This document shows positions 52,470 to 64,000 of a stretch of DNA of 64,000 nucleotides, one piece after another. Within the stretch, counting starts at the first letter, position 1. Every line of letters starts with the position of its first letter. Where the stretch lies: positions 930,001-994,000 of the forward strand of contig NEEC01000007.1 in NCBI GenBank assembly GCA_002189035.1. Reading direction: 5' to 3'. The translations under genes and the position numbers were made by a program. Origin of the DNA: Utricularia gibba (taxonomy: Eukaryota > Plantae > Magnoliophyta). The notes under the pieces are model-generated. The model was given only the letters and a program-made list of their open reading frames with translations. It did not search any database and had not been told where the DNA came from.

Positions 52470-54725
52470 ATGGACGAGAAATCAAGGGTTGCTAAGGCTT
52501 TCAAGGGTATGAAAAGTATAGGAATTGGTGCACAAGCAGTAAAACCAGTATTAAAGAGACTGCTGAATTTATATGGTGACATGGAGTTTATTGAGCTAGA
52601 CAATTATCGTGTTCTTGTCGATGCCATTTTTGAGGATGAAGCCAATGATGAGCACAGAGAGCCTCTGATAAAAAAACAGCGTAGAATATTTGACGAGGGT
52701 CGGGCTACAAGTCTCCGTCGCAATGGAAAAGATGTTGTGGATTTTAAAGATGACATTTTAGGCAATCTTGTTGATGAAATCGAAAATGAGGGAGGGTCAT
52801 TGCCGATAGATCCTGGGACTAGCTCTGCAAATCATCAGCAAACTGGACACAGAACCATCTGTGATTTGGCAACTTCTACTTGTGGGAAAGCAAAAATCTC
52901 TTTAAAATGTGATCACAGCCTTCAGCAGAAAAGCATCTACATTGCTTGTGCTACAGAATTCTTGAAGAATGCAGAAAAACAATGCACATTCAGTGTAAAT
53001 TCTGGGGATCAGTTCTGTGTAGCTAGATTATTGAAGGAAATATGTGAATGTTACTTGTCACTTGGGCACAAAGCTGCAGGAGATGGAGAAATCTTAAATG
53101 CTGCAGATTGTATTGAAGATGATACAGAGAAAATGGTTTTGGCCGATAGTAGATTACCTGTTTCATGTGCGACGGGGAAAACTGCACAATTGCAAGTTTC
53201 TAGTACTCAGAAGAAAAAGGTATTTCACAGAATCAATGACATAGCCAAAGGGACTGAGAAAGTGAAGATTTCTCTTCTCGATGAAGTAGGCAATACGAAT
53301 CTGCCTGATTTTACGTATATCCCAGTTAACATCATTTATGAATATGCTTACGTGTGTTTTTCATTAGCTCGTATAGCATATGAGGATTGCTGTTCTGGTT
53401 GTAAAGGGGACTGTCTCACATCCTTGATACCGTGTGCATGTTCTCGTGAAACTGGCGGAGAATTTGCTTATACTTCTGAAGGTCTACTAAAGGAAAAGTT
53501 TCTTCAACATTGGACGTCTATGAAACTCTCGCTAGAAACTCAGTACATACACTACTGTCAAGATTGCCCACTAGAGCGAGCCAAAAGTTCCAAGAGCCCA
53601 AAGAAATGCAAGGGACACTTCTTGAGGAAGTTCATTAAGGAGTGTTGGAGCAAATGTGGCTGCAGCATGCAGTGTGGAAATCGAGTCGTTCAACGAGGAA
53701 TCACAAGAAAATTGCAGGTCAGCAATGTAGGAATACGTTCTTCCCCAGCACCATTTGCTGACAAATGATATTGCTTCTCAGGTCTTTTTAACGAGCGAAA
53801 ATAAAGGTTGGGGACTGAGGACACTTGAAGAGTTGCCAAAAGGAAGCTTTGTTTGTGAATATGTTGGGGAGATTTTAACCAATATAGAACTATATGAAAG
53901 GAACAACAAAAGCTCTAGTCAAGACAAGCATACATATCCAGTGTTACTTGATGCAGATTGGGCAACAGAGGGTGTTCTCAAAGATGAAGACGCTCTTTGC
54001 TTGGATGCAACTCGTTATGGAAATGTGGCAAGGTTCATCAATCATCGGTATGCATCTATCTACAATGAATAATTAAACAACATAATAGACTCATTCAAGT
54101 GTTTTGTGTTGTTTTGTTAATATTTTGCCGAACCCCCATACAACACTAGTCACTTATTTCTCAACCTTGTGCTTGGCTATAGGTGCTTTGATGGAAACTT
54201 GATTGAGATCCCAGTAGAAGTTGAGACTCCAGATCGACATTACTATCATGTGAGAAGGGTTTAACCTAATTATTTACTTCCCCTTACAAAACAATTAACG
54301 ATGAACAAAACCTGAACCTTATGCTTGCTTACAATTGCTTAATCAGCTGGCTTTCTTCACCCAAAGAAAAGTGAAGGCTTTTGAAGAGCTTACCTGGGTA
54401 AGTAAAGCATAGACCTCTTTTTCACTTTTTAAATCTTGGATCACAACCTCCCATCCTTGAATTCTGGAAGGAAATGGGAAACAAATATGTTCTTTAAAAT
54501 TGACTTATACCCTTGATCCCCCACTCCCCCCATTCTTATATGATATGGTTGTGCCCAGCTACACTCTTTTACACTAGAGGGATTCATGCATGAATACCCA
54601 AGTCTTATTATAGCATGGCTTCATTACAGGATTACTCAATTGATTTTGAGGACAAAGAGCATCCCATTGAGGCATTCAGATGCAACTGTGGGAGCCAGTA
54701 CTGTAGAGACAAGAGGTATAACTAA
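52470..54725 (+). CDS. SUVR-family histone H3K9 methyltransferase (WIYLD, pre-SET, SET, post-SET), SUVR4-like
   Basis: Exons 52470-53717, 53782-54047, 54183-54249, 54347-54397, 54630-54725; the 3' end could splice further. WIYLD-like N-terminus, Cys-rich pre-SET, GWGLRTLE, RFINHRC, ELTWDY, CNCGSQYC. Confidence 0.9.
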
Positions 54726-56131
54726 TCATTTGAGTCTTTTTTGCCGTAGTTGCATCAAAATTTTGAGATCCATATGCTGTCAACATCGAATCTAGAATCA
54801 TTTACAAATCTAATCATTTTTTTCTGCTCATCTACTAATTCGAAAGAAAATTAATATTAAATATATCTAATTATTTTACATGCATATTACAAGATGATCA
54901 TATTTTTAAATCATCCATGAAAACTATGATTCAATACTTGAATGGATGCAACTCTTTATAGGATTAGAGAAATATGTGAGTAAAATTATCTTAATGTATT
55001 GTAGATTTGATTTTAGTTCTAAAATTATGTAAAATTAGAAGACTTGAAGTATTTTTTTATAAAAAGCATAAAATCATAATAACTAGATATTTAAAATAGA
55101 TAATATTATATAATGAATAACATAGACGGTGATATTTGATAGAATTTTATTATAAAATAACTGAAGATTCAAATTCAGCATGGTGTTACAACAATAAGCC
55201 AAAAAAAGGGGATGGCTCTTAATCACCATCATCATCATTATGTGCATGATAAAAGTTATTAGATATGAAGAATGATGACGACCACATTGAATGATGCTGG
55301 ATCCCATTCATTGTCCACGTTGGGCAACAAGTGTTCAGGGCATACATTTATTACATATTCTCCAAAACAATTATTACAATTTGATTTATTATCATTATTT
55401 TGTTAGAAAAAAAGGTATACGTTATTTTCTCTAATAAAAGAGATATAACTTTTTCGAAAGTAGTTTAAAGATGTACTTCATGGAAAGTGGGCCTGGCCCT
55501 TTATTGGGCCAGTAACGCAGACAGTTTTTCAAGGGGTTGCCCACACTGCTTCTTGTCCGGTAGCTTTGTCATCTGCTCTTCGCTGGCTGCTTTTTTCTCA
55601 CTCCGGTGATGGATAATGGCTTCATTTCATTCTCTGTGGAAAGAAGGAGAATCATTCGCCAGCCGCTGACTGTCATTCTGGTACCGGTTTTGCGTCATCG
55701 GGAACTCGCTATTTTTTAGGCTCATTTGTTCGGTATGGAAAATGCGGGACGTGAACTGTTGTTGTCTGCATTAATGTTCCTTATTTATGTCACTGTTTGC
55801 TTGGGTGTAGCTGTGAATTTCGCTTCTTTTCGAGTTTGTATTGATGGCGGCGTGGGTGTGCTGTTGAGATTTGAGAATGAGGTCTTGGCAAGATTACCTT
55901 AAGTTTGCCTCCTCCAACATTACGCTCCTCCTCTGACATTCTTGTTTTTTTTATGATTTAGGTGAAGTGTGGGGGAGCATCGAGGTTGAGGAATTTGGGA
56001 AAAAAAGCTCGAATTTTTTCGGCAATTTCATGTAGACATTGTTTGCAGGTAGATCTGAGCACCGTTTTTTGAATTTAATGGTTTCTTTTATGTTTTATGT
56101 AGTGTACTTGAAATGCTCGCGTGTTACAGAA

Positions 56132-58003
56132 ATGGGGAAAAGAAGGGGTTGGATTACTCAACTGAGGAAGATCTTCAGTTGCCAAACTGAAAAATCGGAA
56201 AAGGTAGGGAAAGCGTTACTTCCTGCGCTAGCATTTCCTTATATTCTTCTTCTTCTTCTTCTTTTCTCCTTGTGAAGAACTACTCTGTCTTTAGGTTCAA
56301 AGGGAAAGTAGAAAATGGGCTGCTGCAAAGCAAAGTAGTGGGTACATTGAGCCTTCAGAGACAGATGGTGCTGTAGTTTCGCTGGGATCTGCAGATGAAC
56401 AAAGTAGGCATGCTTATTCTGTTGCCATTGCAACTGCTGCTGCTGCTGAGGCTGCTGTCGCTGCTGCTAATGCCGCCGCTGAAATTGTCCGGCTTACAAC
56501 GACTACCCGAGATTTGGGTAAAAGCAAGCAAGAGCTGGGTGCAATCAAGATCCAGTCAGTTTTTAGAGGTTACTTGGTACGATTTAATAATCTTAAACTT
56601 CTAAGCCCAGTCACGAAATCGCTGCTGCATCATCTGTTAAACTTGACATAATGAAGTATTTATGTGTGGCGTGCTTATGGATTATTGACATATTTATGAA
56701 AAGCCTGCAAGTACCAAGAGTTGGGGAAAAAGCTACTAGTGGTTAAATGACTGGTAGAACTTGATTATTAAATGTCTATTTTTGCGCTATTACTGATATC
56801 CTTGAAACATAATAAACTGTTTTTAGCACTTGTTTGAGTTGTAGGCAAGGAGAGCAGTGAAAGCTTTAAGGGGTCTTGTTAGGCTGAGAAACATGTTGGG
56901 AGGGCAATCAGTGAAACGCCAGACAGCTGATGCCATGAAACTCGTTGAAACACATTTCCGTGTTCAATATGAGGTCCGGATGAGAAGAACAAGAATGTCG
57001 GAAGTGGATTCAGCCTTGCAGAAACAAATGCGGCAGAAACATGAAAAAGAGCTTGACAAGCAGAGACTATCAGTATTGGATCGAATCCCTTGTATTTGTA
57101 TTATCTCATGTGACCTTTTGCTGGCTTACAAGTCTCATGATAACAGGTTGTAAACAATTGGAATGTCAGTATGCAAACCAAGGAGCAGTTTGATGCAAGT
57201 CTTCAACATCGACAAGAAGCTGCTCTTAGAAGGGAGCGGTCATTGGCTTATGCCTACTCTCATCAGGTAACTAAGTTCCAGAACATGGGGATTCTTTTTT
57301 TGATGTTAGGAACGCTGTTCATGATGATTTTACTTTTGGATTTCTGTATCAGCAAACATGGCGGCCTTGGAACTCTACCGACATGTTGAGCCAAACCTTT
57401 ATGGATCCAAATAACCTGTACTGGGGATGGAGTTGGCTAGAGCGATGGATGGCTGCACGTAGGTGGGAGAATGGAATGGCATCTGGAAGAGAACTAAACA
57501 GCGACAATGTTTCTACCAAGACTGCCTCCAACCCTTCACTATCTGCTGCAGGAGACATCAGGATCGATTCTCCTGCAGGCCGGCAGCAAAGCTGGGGTGG
57601 CCATGGCAGGCATTCTCCCTCAACTCCGGACTCCAAAGTTCCACGTAGATTAGGTGCACCAAGCTCACGAGGAACAAGTGGCACCGACGAGGACTCAAGG
57701 AGCATTCGGAGTTTCCAATCAGAGCATTACAGGAGACGCAGCGTTGCAAGTTCCTCAGTGAAGGATGATGAGAGTTTTGGAAGCGCATCTAGTGCAATGA
57801 GAGGTTACATGGCGTCGACAGAGTCAGCACGAGCTAAATCCCGGTTGCCAAGTCCTCTTGGAATAGAGAAAGTTGTTACACCATCTGATAAATCATGTGC
57901 TGGAGCTACGAAGAAAAGGCTTTCCTTCTCTGGAACATCTCCTGCTCGCCAGAGAAGGCATTCTGGCCATCCGAGCCGTAGTGAGAATGCCAGCGCAAGC
58001 TAG
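56132..58003 (+). CDS. IQ67-domain (IQD) calmodulin/microtubule-binding protein
   Basis: Exons 56132-56203, 56295-56576, 56845-57072, 57147-57266, 57353-58003. MGKRRGW N-terminus, IQSVFRGYL|ARRA IQ motif split by the canonical phase-0 intron, [38 protein letters not shown]. Confidence 0.93.
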
Positions 58004-58803
58004 TTTAGTTAGAAAGGCTAATTCCTTGGCAATTTCAGTTAATGTGTTCAGGCATTTTCCTTCTTCTGATTGACAAAAGTTAAAAACTTTATAACAGAAG
58101 ACATACAATGACTGTCACTGAAGCATGCATGATTCATCACTGTTGCATTGGGTATCTGATCTGTTTTGATATTCTTGAAGGCAACAAAGCTTGCGCCTTT
58201 CTTGTGACATCAACTCACAAGAACATGCATTTTCCATGTACATGTTTACCCAGTGTTTGACATTTAAGAAAGGAAAACACATGAGCTTCCCCAAGCTTTC
58301 AGAAAATCCAAAATGTAACACTGGATGCCATGTCAGTGGATAAGGATGGCGGTTGAGGGCAGTGTTGTCCTAAGGAAATTGTACGTCAGGATCAATCAAT
58401 GGCGTGTAAATTGTTGGTTTTATGGCAACAAGATGAGGCCTTTTATCTTCTTCAAGGACCTGTGTAGGAGTGAGTCTCTTCGATTGGATATTTCTTGAAT
58501 TCCGTGGCACCGAAGGGAGATATCGTCAGCCTCACGATATATTTATTATCTTCTTCCGGAAATTACCCAGAACTTGGATTTCCGATACATGCATCTGAAC
58601 GGGTCTTCTTGTTCACACATCAAGGAGCGTCCATACCCAATGTAAGCTTTGGCAGGAATCGGGGACTTTTCACCTGTTTCCACATAACTGTTCGAAGACC
58701 GATCTGTTGGTAGTATTTTTTGGGAGTTTTTCTTTTCACAACCAATCTGTGTTGTGAAAGTGAGATTCTGGGTATGAGGGTTGAGTGAGTTAGGGTTCGA
58801 GTG

Positions 58804-61800
58804 ATGGTGGTATCAGGGCATGACCCATGGGAATCGATTTTAAGCTCTATTCAGGTTGTTAAAATTGCTTCTCCCATAGAATCCAATTTTCGGAAGTTGG
58901 CCAAGAATGTTGAGCATTGCTTTAACGGGGCCTCCAAGAAAGATGGAAATTCTAATGTTAGTTTGGATGATACCCGTGAGCAATTCCGTTTGAAGACGAA
59001 GAGTGTTCAAAATGTTGTGAGTGGAAGCGAAAGAAGAAAAGGTAAAGTTCCAATCACTATATTTTCTGAAATATTTGCAGAAAAAGGTAGAAGCAATGAC
59101 CGTAGTGATGGAGAAGAGAAGTATTATATGAATTCCTCGAACAAAGGATTGAAAGAAAGCTGTGGAGATGGGATGACGATAAGAACTTTTACGGTAACTG
59201 CTTGCATTGTGATCTGGGGTTGCCCTTTTTGAATGGTTTTCTTGACTCCCTCTCTAGATCATTCAATTCCGAGAAACAACGCCTTCCTAATGAACGGAAT
59301 GGTTCTGGTTCCAAAGATTCGATTGGAAAACTGGAACCAATATCTGGAGAGGATAACCTGAAGCGATTAAATTCTAGAGAAATTAAAAACATGCCTTTCG
59401 ACTTTATCATTGGTTGTTTTGTGGATCAGTTAAGCCATTTGCCGAAATTTCAGATTGGAAATCAAGAGGATGACTGCATGAATCATGAGTACAAACCTGC
59501 GCCATCAGAGAGTGATCATTTTGATCATGTTAAGGGACTTTTCAGTGCTCTGGATGGTAAAAGAGAAGATGTGAACGGGTTCTTTCGTAATCTTAATTTT
59601 GCCCGTGTGGGAGGGTTGCCATCCAGTGTAGTTAGAGTACCATCCTCGGTAAAAGACACTGAGGGTGATGAAATTAGCAATGCTGTCAATGGTGAGGATA
59701 TTGATGGCAGTTCCCCCAAAAAAATGGGATATGGATTGCTGAGTATACCATTGTCTAATGTCGAGCGCATCAAGGCAACACTGCTGACAGTATCATTTGC
59801 GGAATTAATTGAACTTCTGCCAATGATGGGAGGTAGATCCTCGAATGAGGACCATCCTGACAAAAAGAAACTGTTCTCTGTGCAAGATTTCTTCAGATAC
59901 ACTGAAACAGAAGGTTTGTATTTGGATTAAACATCTGGATAAAGATTTCGTTTCTTTTATTATGTCATAAAAAATGCACTGATGAGCATTTTTGACTTAT
60001 TACCGTAGTAGAATCTTATTTTTCTTGCTTTATTTTTTCTATTGAAATAGTAGATGTTCTCATTTCTTTTCTGCTTATAGGTCAGAGGTTTTTCCAAGAG
60101 CTGGACAGAGATAGTGATGGGCAAGTTACTCTTGAGGATTTGGAAGTTGCCATGAGAAGGAGAAAACTACCCAAACGATATGCCAAGGAGTTTATGAGCC
60201 GGACTAAGAGTCACTTATTTGCAAAGTCTTTTGGTTGGAAACAATTCTTGTCCATGATGGAACAGAAAGAACCTACCATTCTTCGTGCCTATACAAGCCT
60301 CTGTTTGAGCAAGTCTGGAAAGCTTCAGAAAAGTGAAATATTAGCATCCCTTCAGAATGCAGGGCTTCCAGCAAACGAAGAAAATGCTGTTGCAATGATG
60401 CGTTTTTTAAATGCTGATTCGGAGGAGTCCATATCCTATGGTCATTTTCGAAATTTCATGCTTTTGCTTCCATCAGAACGTCTTCAAGAAGACCCACGGT
60501 ACATTCTGCTTTTGATGCACATTCATAAGATAGCTATCTTTTTTTTATTTGTTTGGAAACGCTGGAGTGTTGATGTGATTATACTCCATCAATGCTTTTT
60601 AGAAACACAGGACCTAACTTGGTCGGATAAAGGAGCAACCCGTTGCTAATAATTTTGTCCCTAATTTTAAACATTTTTGTTGCCATACAATGTGCTTCAG
60701 CTTGAAATACATGCTGCATATATTTCACAATGTCATAGATTTCTATGATTAAAACCCATCTACCTTGTGACTTACAGAAGCATCTGGTTTGAAGCTGCTA
60801 CAGTCGTTGCTGTTCCTCCGCCTGTGGAAATACCTGCTGGTAGTGTTCTTAAATCAGCATTGGCTGGCGGACTTTCATGTGCACTTTCTACAGCATTGAT
60901 GCATCCTGTGGATACTGTTAAGGTGGTTTTTGTTGAAATGCATCAGCCATATGCAATTTGTTTCATAGCATTTCATCATAATGCCCTTTTCTGCCCGTAC
61001 CTACATGACAGATCATTGTTGTCGTTAGTTTTTTTCTTTTTCTTTTTTTTTTTGTTGCAGTGTTTTTCAGTTTGCCGCTCTCGTTTTCTTTTTACTGCAA
61101 TGAAAAATATATTTTTCACACTATCTGCTCTTTTTTTTTCCACCAGACACGTGTTCAAGCTTCGACAATGACATTTCCTGAAATTTTAGCTAAGCTCCCA
61201 CAAATTGGTGTTCATGGATTATACAGGGGGTCGATTCCAGCTATAGTGGGACAATTTTCAAGGTGCATTTTATTTAGTCCACGTCCCTGTGATGAAAAAT
61301 GGTACTTCGTTTAACTGTGTCGACTGGACTCCGGTGCAGTCATGGTCTCCGAACTGGAATTTTTGAAGCAAGCAAACTCGTCATGATTCATTTTGCCCCA
61401 ACACTACCAGAATTGCAGGTATGGCCAGATTTTTGTTTTCTTGTGAACCTGCTTTGTGAACAATTCTTGTTGCTGCTCTGTACAGTGTTATGTCGCCAGT
61501 CAGTTTGGATCGTAGCATGTTCAATTCTATTGTTTCCCACCCGTTTAAATCCATGCTGAAATTTGTCCTTGTTGGTTGGGATTGTGAACCATGAGATTTG
61601 AAGTTCCATAAAAAAAAAATGCAGCATGGTCGTTGACACACTTGCAACATTTTAGAAATAATTTCCATCATACTTTGGCTTTGGAAAAAAAAAAATTTTC
61701 CCTGTGTTATCTTTGTGTGTATCTGAGCTTACTGTAAGAACACCTCATAGCATTTTACTCTTCATTTGAGGAAACCCGAGACAATAATTTTGCAATATCA

Positions 61801-62439
61801 TTTCAGGTTCAGTCCATCGCATCATTCTGTAGCACGTGCCTTGGAACAGCAGTGCGCATCCCGTGTGAAGTGCTGAAGCAAAGACTGCAGGCTGGCTTGT
61901 TTGATAATGTAGGGGAAGCCATCGTCGGGACATGGCAGCAAGACGGCATCCGCGGTTTCTTCCGTGGCACTGGGGCGACTCTCCTTCGGGAAGTTCCCTT
62001 CTACGTTGCCGGAATGGGCCTTTATGCCGAATCAAAGAAGGTGGAAGCCTCCATCCCATCCATGAAACATGCCTTGATCAGCAGTAAATCTGATTTCCAT
62101 TATGTTGTTCAGGCTGTGCAGAAACTCCTAGGAAGGGAGTTGGAGCCATGGGAGACCATTGCAGTTGGCGCTCTATCCGGCGGCCTGACCGCCGTGCTGA
62201 CGACTCCCTTCGATGTGATGAAGACGAGAATGATGACCTCTCAGGGACGGCAGATAGCCATGTCTATGGTAGCATTCTCGATCCTTCGTCGTGAAGGACC
62301 TCTGGGGCTATTCAAGGGAGCCGTGCCTAGATTCTTTTGGATTGCGCCACTGGGGGCAATGAATTTCGCCGGTTATGAGCTTGCAAGAAAGGCCATGGAC
62401 GAGAAGGTGGAGAGCAGCGAGCTCCTGGTGCACAAATGA
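58804..62439 (+). CDS. Mitochondrial substrate carrier family protein C (EF-hand-containing, At2g35800-like)
   Basis: Exons 58804-59913 (with an apparent -1 indel at 59170-59172), 60081-60498, 60778-60922, 61147-61262, 61340-61418, 61807-62040, 62113-62439. EF-hand ELDRDSDGQVTLEDL. Carrier signatures PVDTVKTR, PCEVLKQR and PFDVMKTR. Confidence 0.92.
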
Positions 62440-62717
62440 GCCCCTGCTGCCACCAGGGGAAACGGTTTTGTTAAAAGTTTCCCTGCTCCTATGCATATGA
62501 ACCACGACTATCTTTTCACCCAAATTTCCTTCATGAATTATGCCCATTGTTTCCTATACTCCACACAACGCTGTATTTGCTAATGCTTGGCAATGTAGAT
62601 CAATATGCAGGCACAGTGTACTTGGGAGTTTGTCATGCAACAAGCGCCATTGAAGTGCACTCAGAGTTCATATATAAAATCGTTCTCAAATTTGAGAATG
62701 TGGGGAAATGGCGTCCA

Positions 62718-64000
62718 TCACCTCTGGAACTTTGAACCAGGAGGGGGATCATAAGTGTCTTGATTGATCCAGCTGAACATGTGCATAAAGGGGTTGGCTT
62801 TTTCTCCCTTCTTCTCATTTCCGATCACTTCTTCCCAAACATTGGCATCCTCCAGATCCTTCATCACTTCCCAAACGCAGCTGTTGCACTTGAAACCTGA
62901 CCCAAACCCTATCATCCACAACTTGTCTCCCCTTTTCAGCCTCCTTTCTGCTTCCATGTACCCGAGCACGTACCACAAGCTACTCGCGGACGTGTTCCCG
63001 AATCGATGAAGGCTCATCTTCGAGGGCTCCACGTCCTCATGGCTCAATCCTAATCCCTTCCTGATTTCCTCTATCACCGCCGTGCCGCCGGGATGCATGC
63101 AGAAGTGATCTATTCCGGCCTTGAAGTTCAATGTTGCCTTTTTCCTTGCGTGTTTCATTGCGAAGTACCTGTGTAGAAAATACATGAAACAGCATGCATA
63201 GATAGTTAAGACCAGAAAACAAGAAGCGTAACAGTACCTTATAAGCTCGGTGTAAGGCAGACATGTTTTGGCTATTACAGCTATGTTTTGTGTGAAGGCA
63301 CGTTTAGCAGTTTTGGGAAGGCTTTTATCGAGATAGAAGCCTTGTTTCCCTTGGCTGTCTTCCTTCTGCATGCCGCAGGTGTACGCTTCATCGCTGGCGC
63401 CTAAATGGGTGCGAACCAGGCACTTCAGTTGCAGTTTCGAACGGTTCTTCATCGCGGGTTTGTTCGTTAGCAGGATCACGCATCCGCCGGAACGGAACAG
63501 ACAGTTCGTCAGCATCATCGACTTGTCGTTTCCCGAGTACCTGCGAGGGTAGAACCATCTCGATATGATCCGCACAGAAATCCACATATTCTGCAATTCA
63601 TCTGTAGCTGAACAACAGCTTGACTAACCAGTTGGGCGCTATGGACTCGGATGTCACCACCAGGGCCATGGAGTTCCTGTGCGATTTGAAGAAGCTGGTG
63701 ACGAGGTTGATCGAGATCAAGCTCGCACTGCATCCCATCCCCGAGAGGTTGTACGACTTCACATCGTCTCTCATTTTGTACATGTTGATGATCCGCGATG
63801 TCAGAGATGGAGCGCACGAGAGCAGGGAGACGTTCACTACCAGTAGATCTATTTCCTTGGGACCAACCTGATACGATAACAAGAATGCTAATAACAAACT
63901 TTCTGTACTAAACCCAGAATTCCTATCTGTCACCTTAGTTTTCTCGAAAAGCTTGCTCAGGGTCTCCTTGAAGAACTCATCCATCTCCAAGATCCCATCT
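62718..64000 (-). CDS. 3-ketoacyl-CoA synthase (KCS/FAE1 family), 5' part outside the window
   Basis: Exons >64000-63934, 63867-63629, 63540-63238, 63168-62718. Catalytic motifs GMGCSA, HPGG and FGNTSASSLWY, plus GFGSGFKCNSCVW. Confidence 0.93.

Noticed and set aside
20461-62112. Many other short stop-free 3n introns (GCN1, neprosin, ATRX, carrier)
   Set aside because: Roughly what chance predicts among well over 100 short introns.

Overview
Gene-dense, short-intron eudicot nuclear DNA. It holds 16 recognisable genes in 64 kb and no intact transposon. The compactness suggests a miniature genome such as Lentibulariaceae, but that is inference only. In order: 5' end of MIOX (-); BAHD acyltransferase (GLAUCE-like); a head-to-head inverted duplicate pair of small membrane-protein genes; a single-finger QALGGH/EAR protein; DEG10; a small RIN4/NOI-like gene; a GDSL lipase; GCN1/ILITYHIA (about 60 exons); a neprosin/DUF239 gene; a plastid-type membrane protein gene; ATRX; a SUVR4-like SET gene; an IQD gene; an EF-hand mitochondrial carrier; and a KCS (-, cut by the window edge). 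Best leads: (1) ATRX appears to have cleanly lost its ADD zinc-finger histone-reader domain. (2) Four apparent -1 frameshifts all lie in G runs of conserved genes, probably consensus errors. (3) Both duplicate genes keep a triple MSA (AACGG) promoter cassette. (4) Two GCN1 introns contain short copies of the adjacent exon. (5) Several GC-richer or structured islands at 1-4.3 kb and a candidate 62-aa gene next to DEG10 are unexplained. No tRNA, rRNA, snRNA, known miRNA or CRISPR array was recognised. Exon coordinates were read by hand, and family assignments rest on recalled motifs, not database searches.
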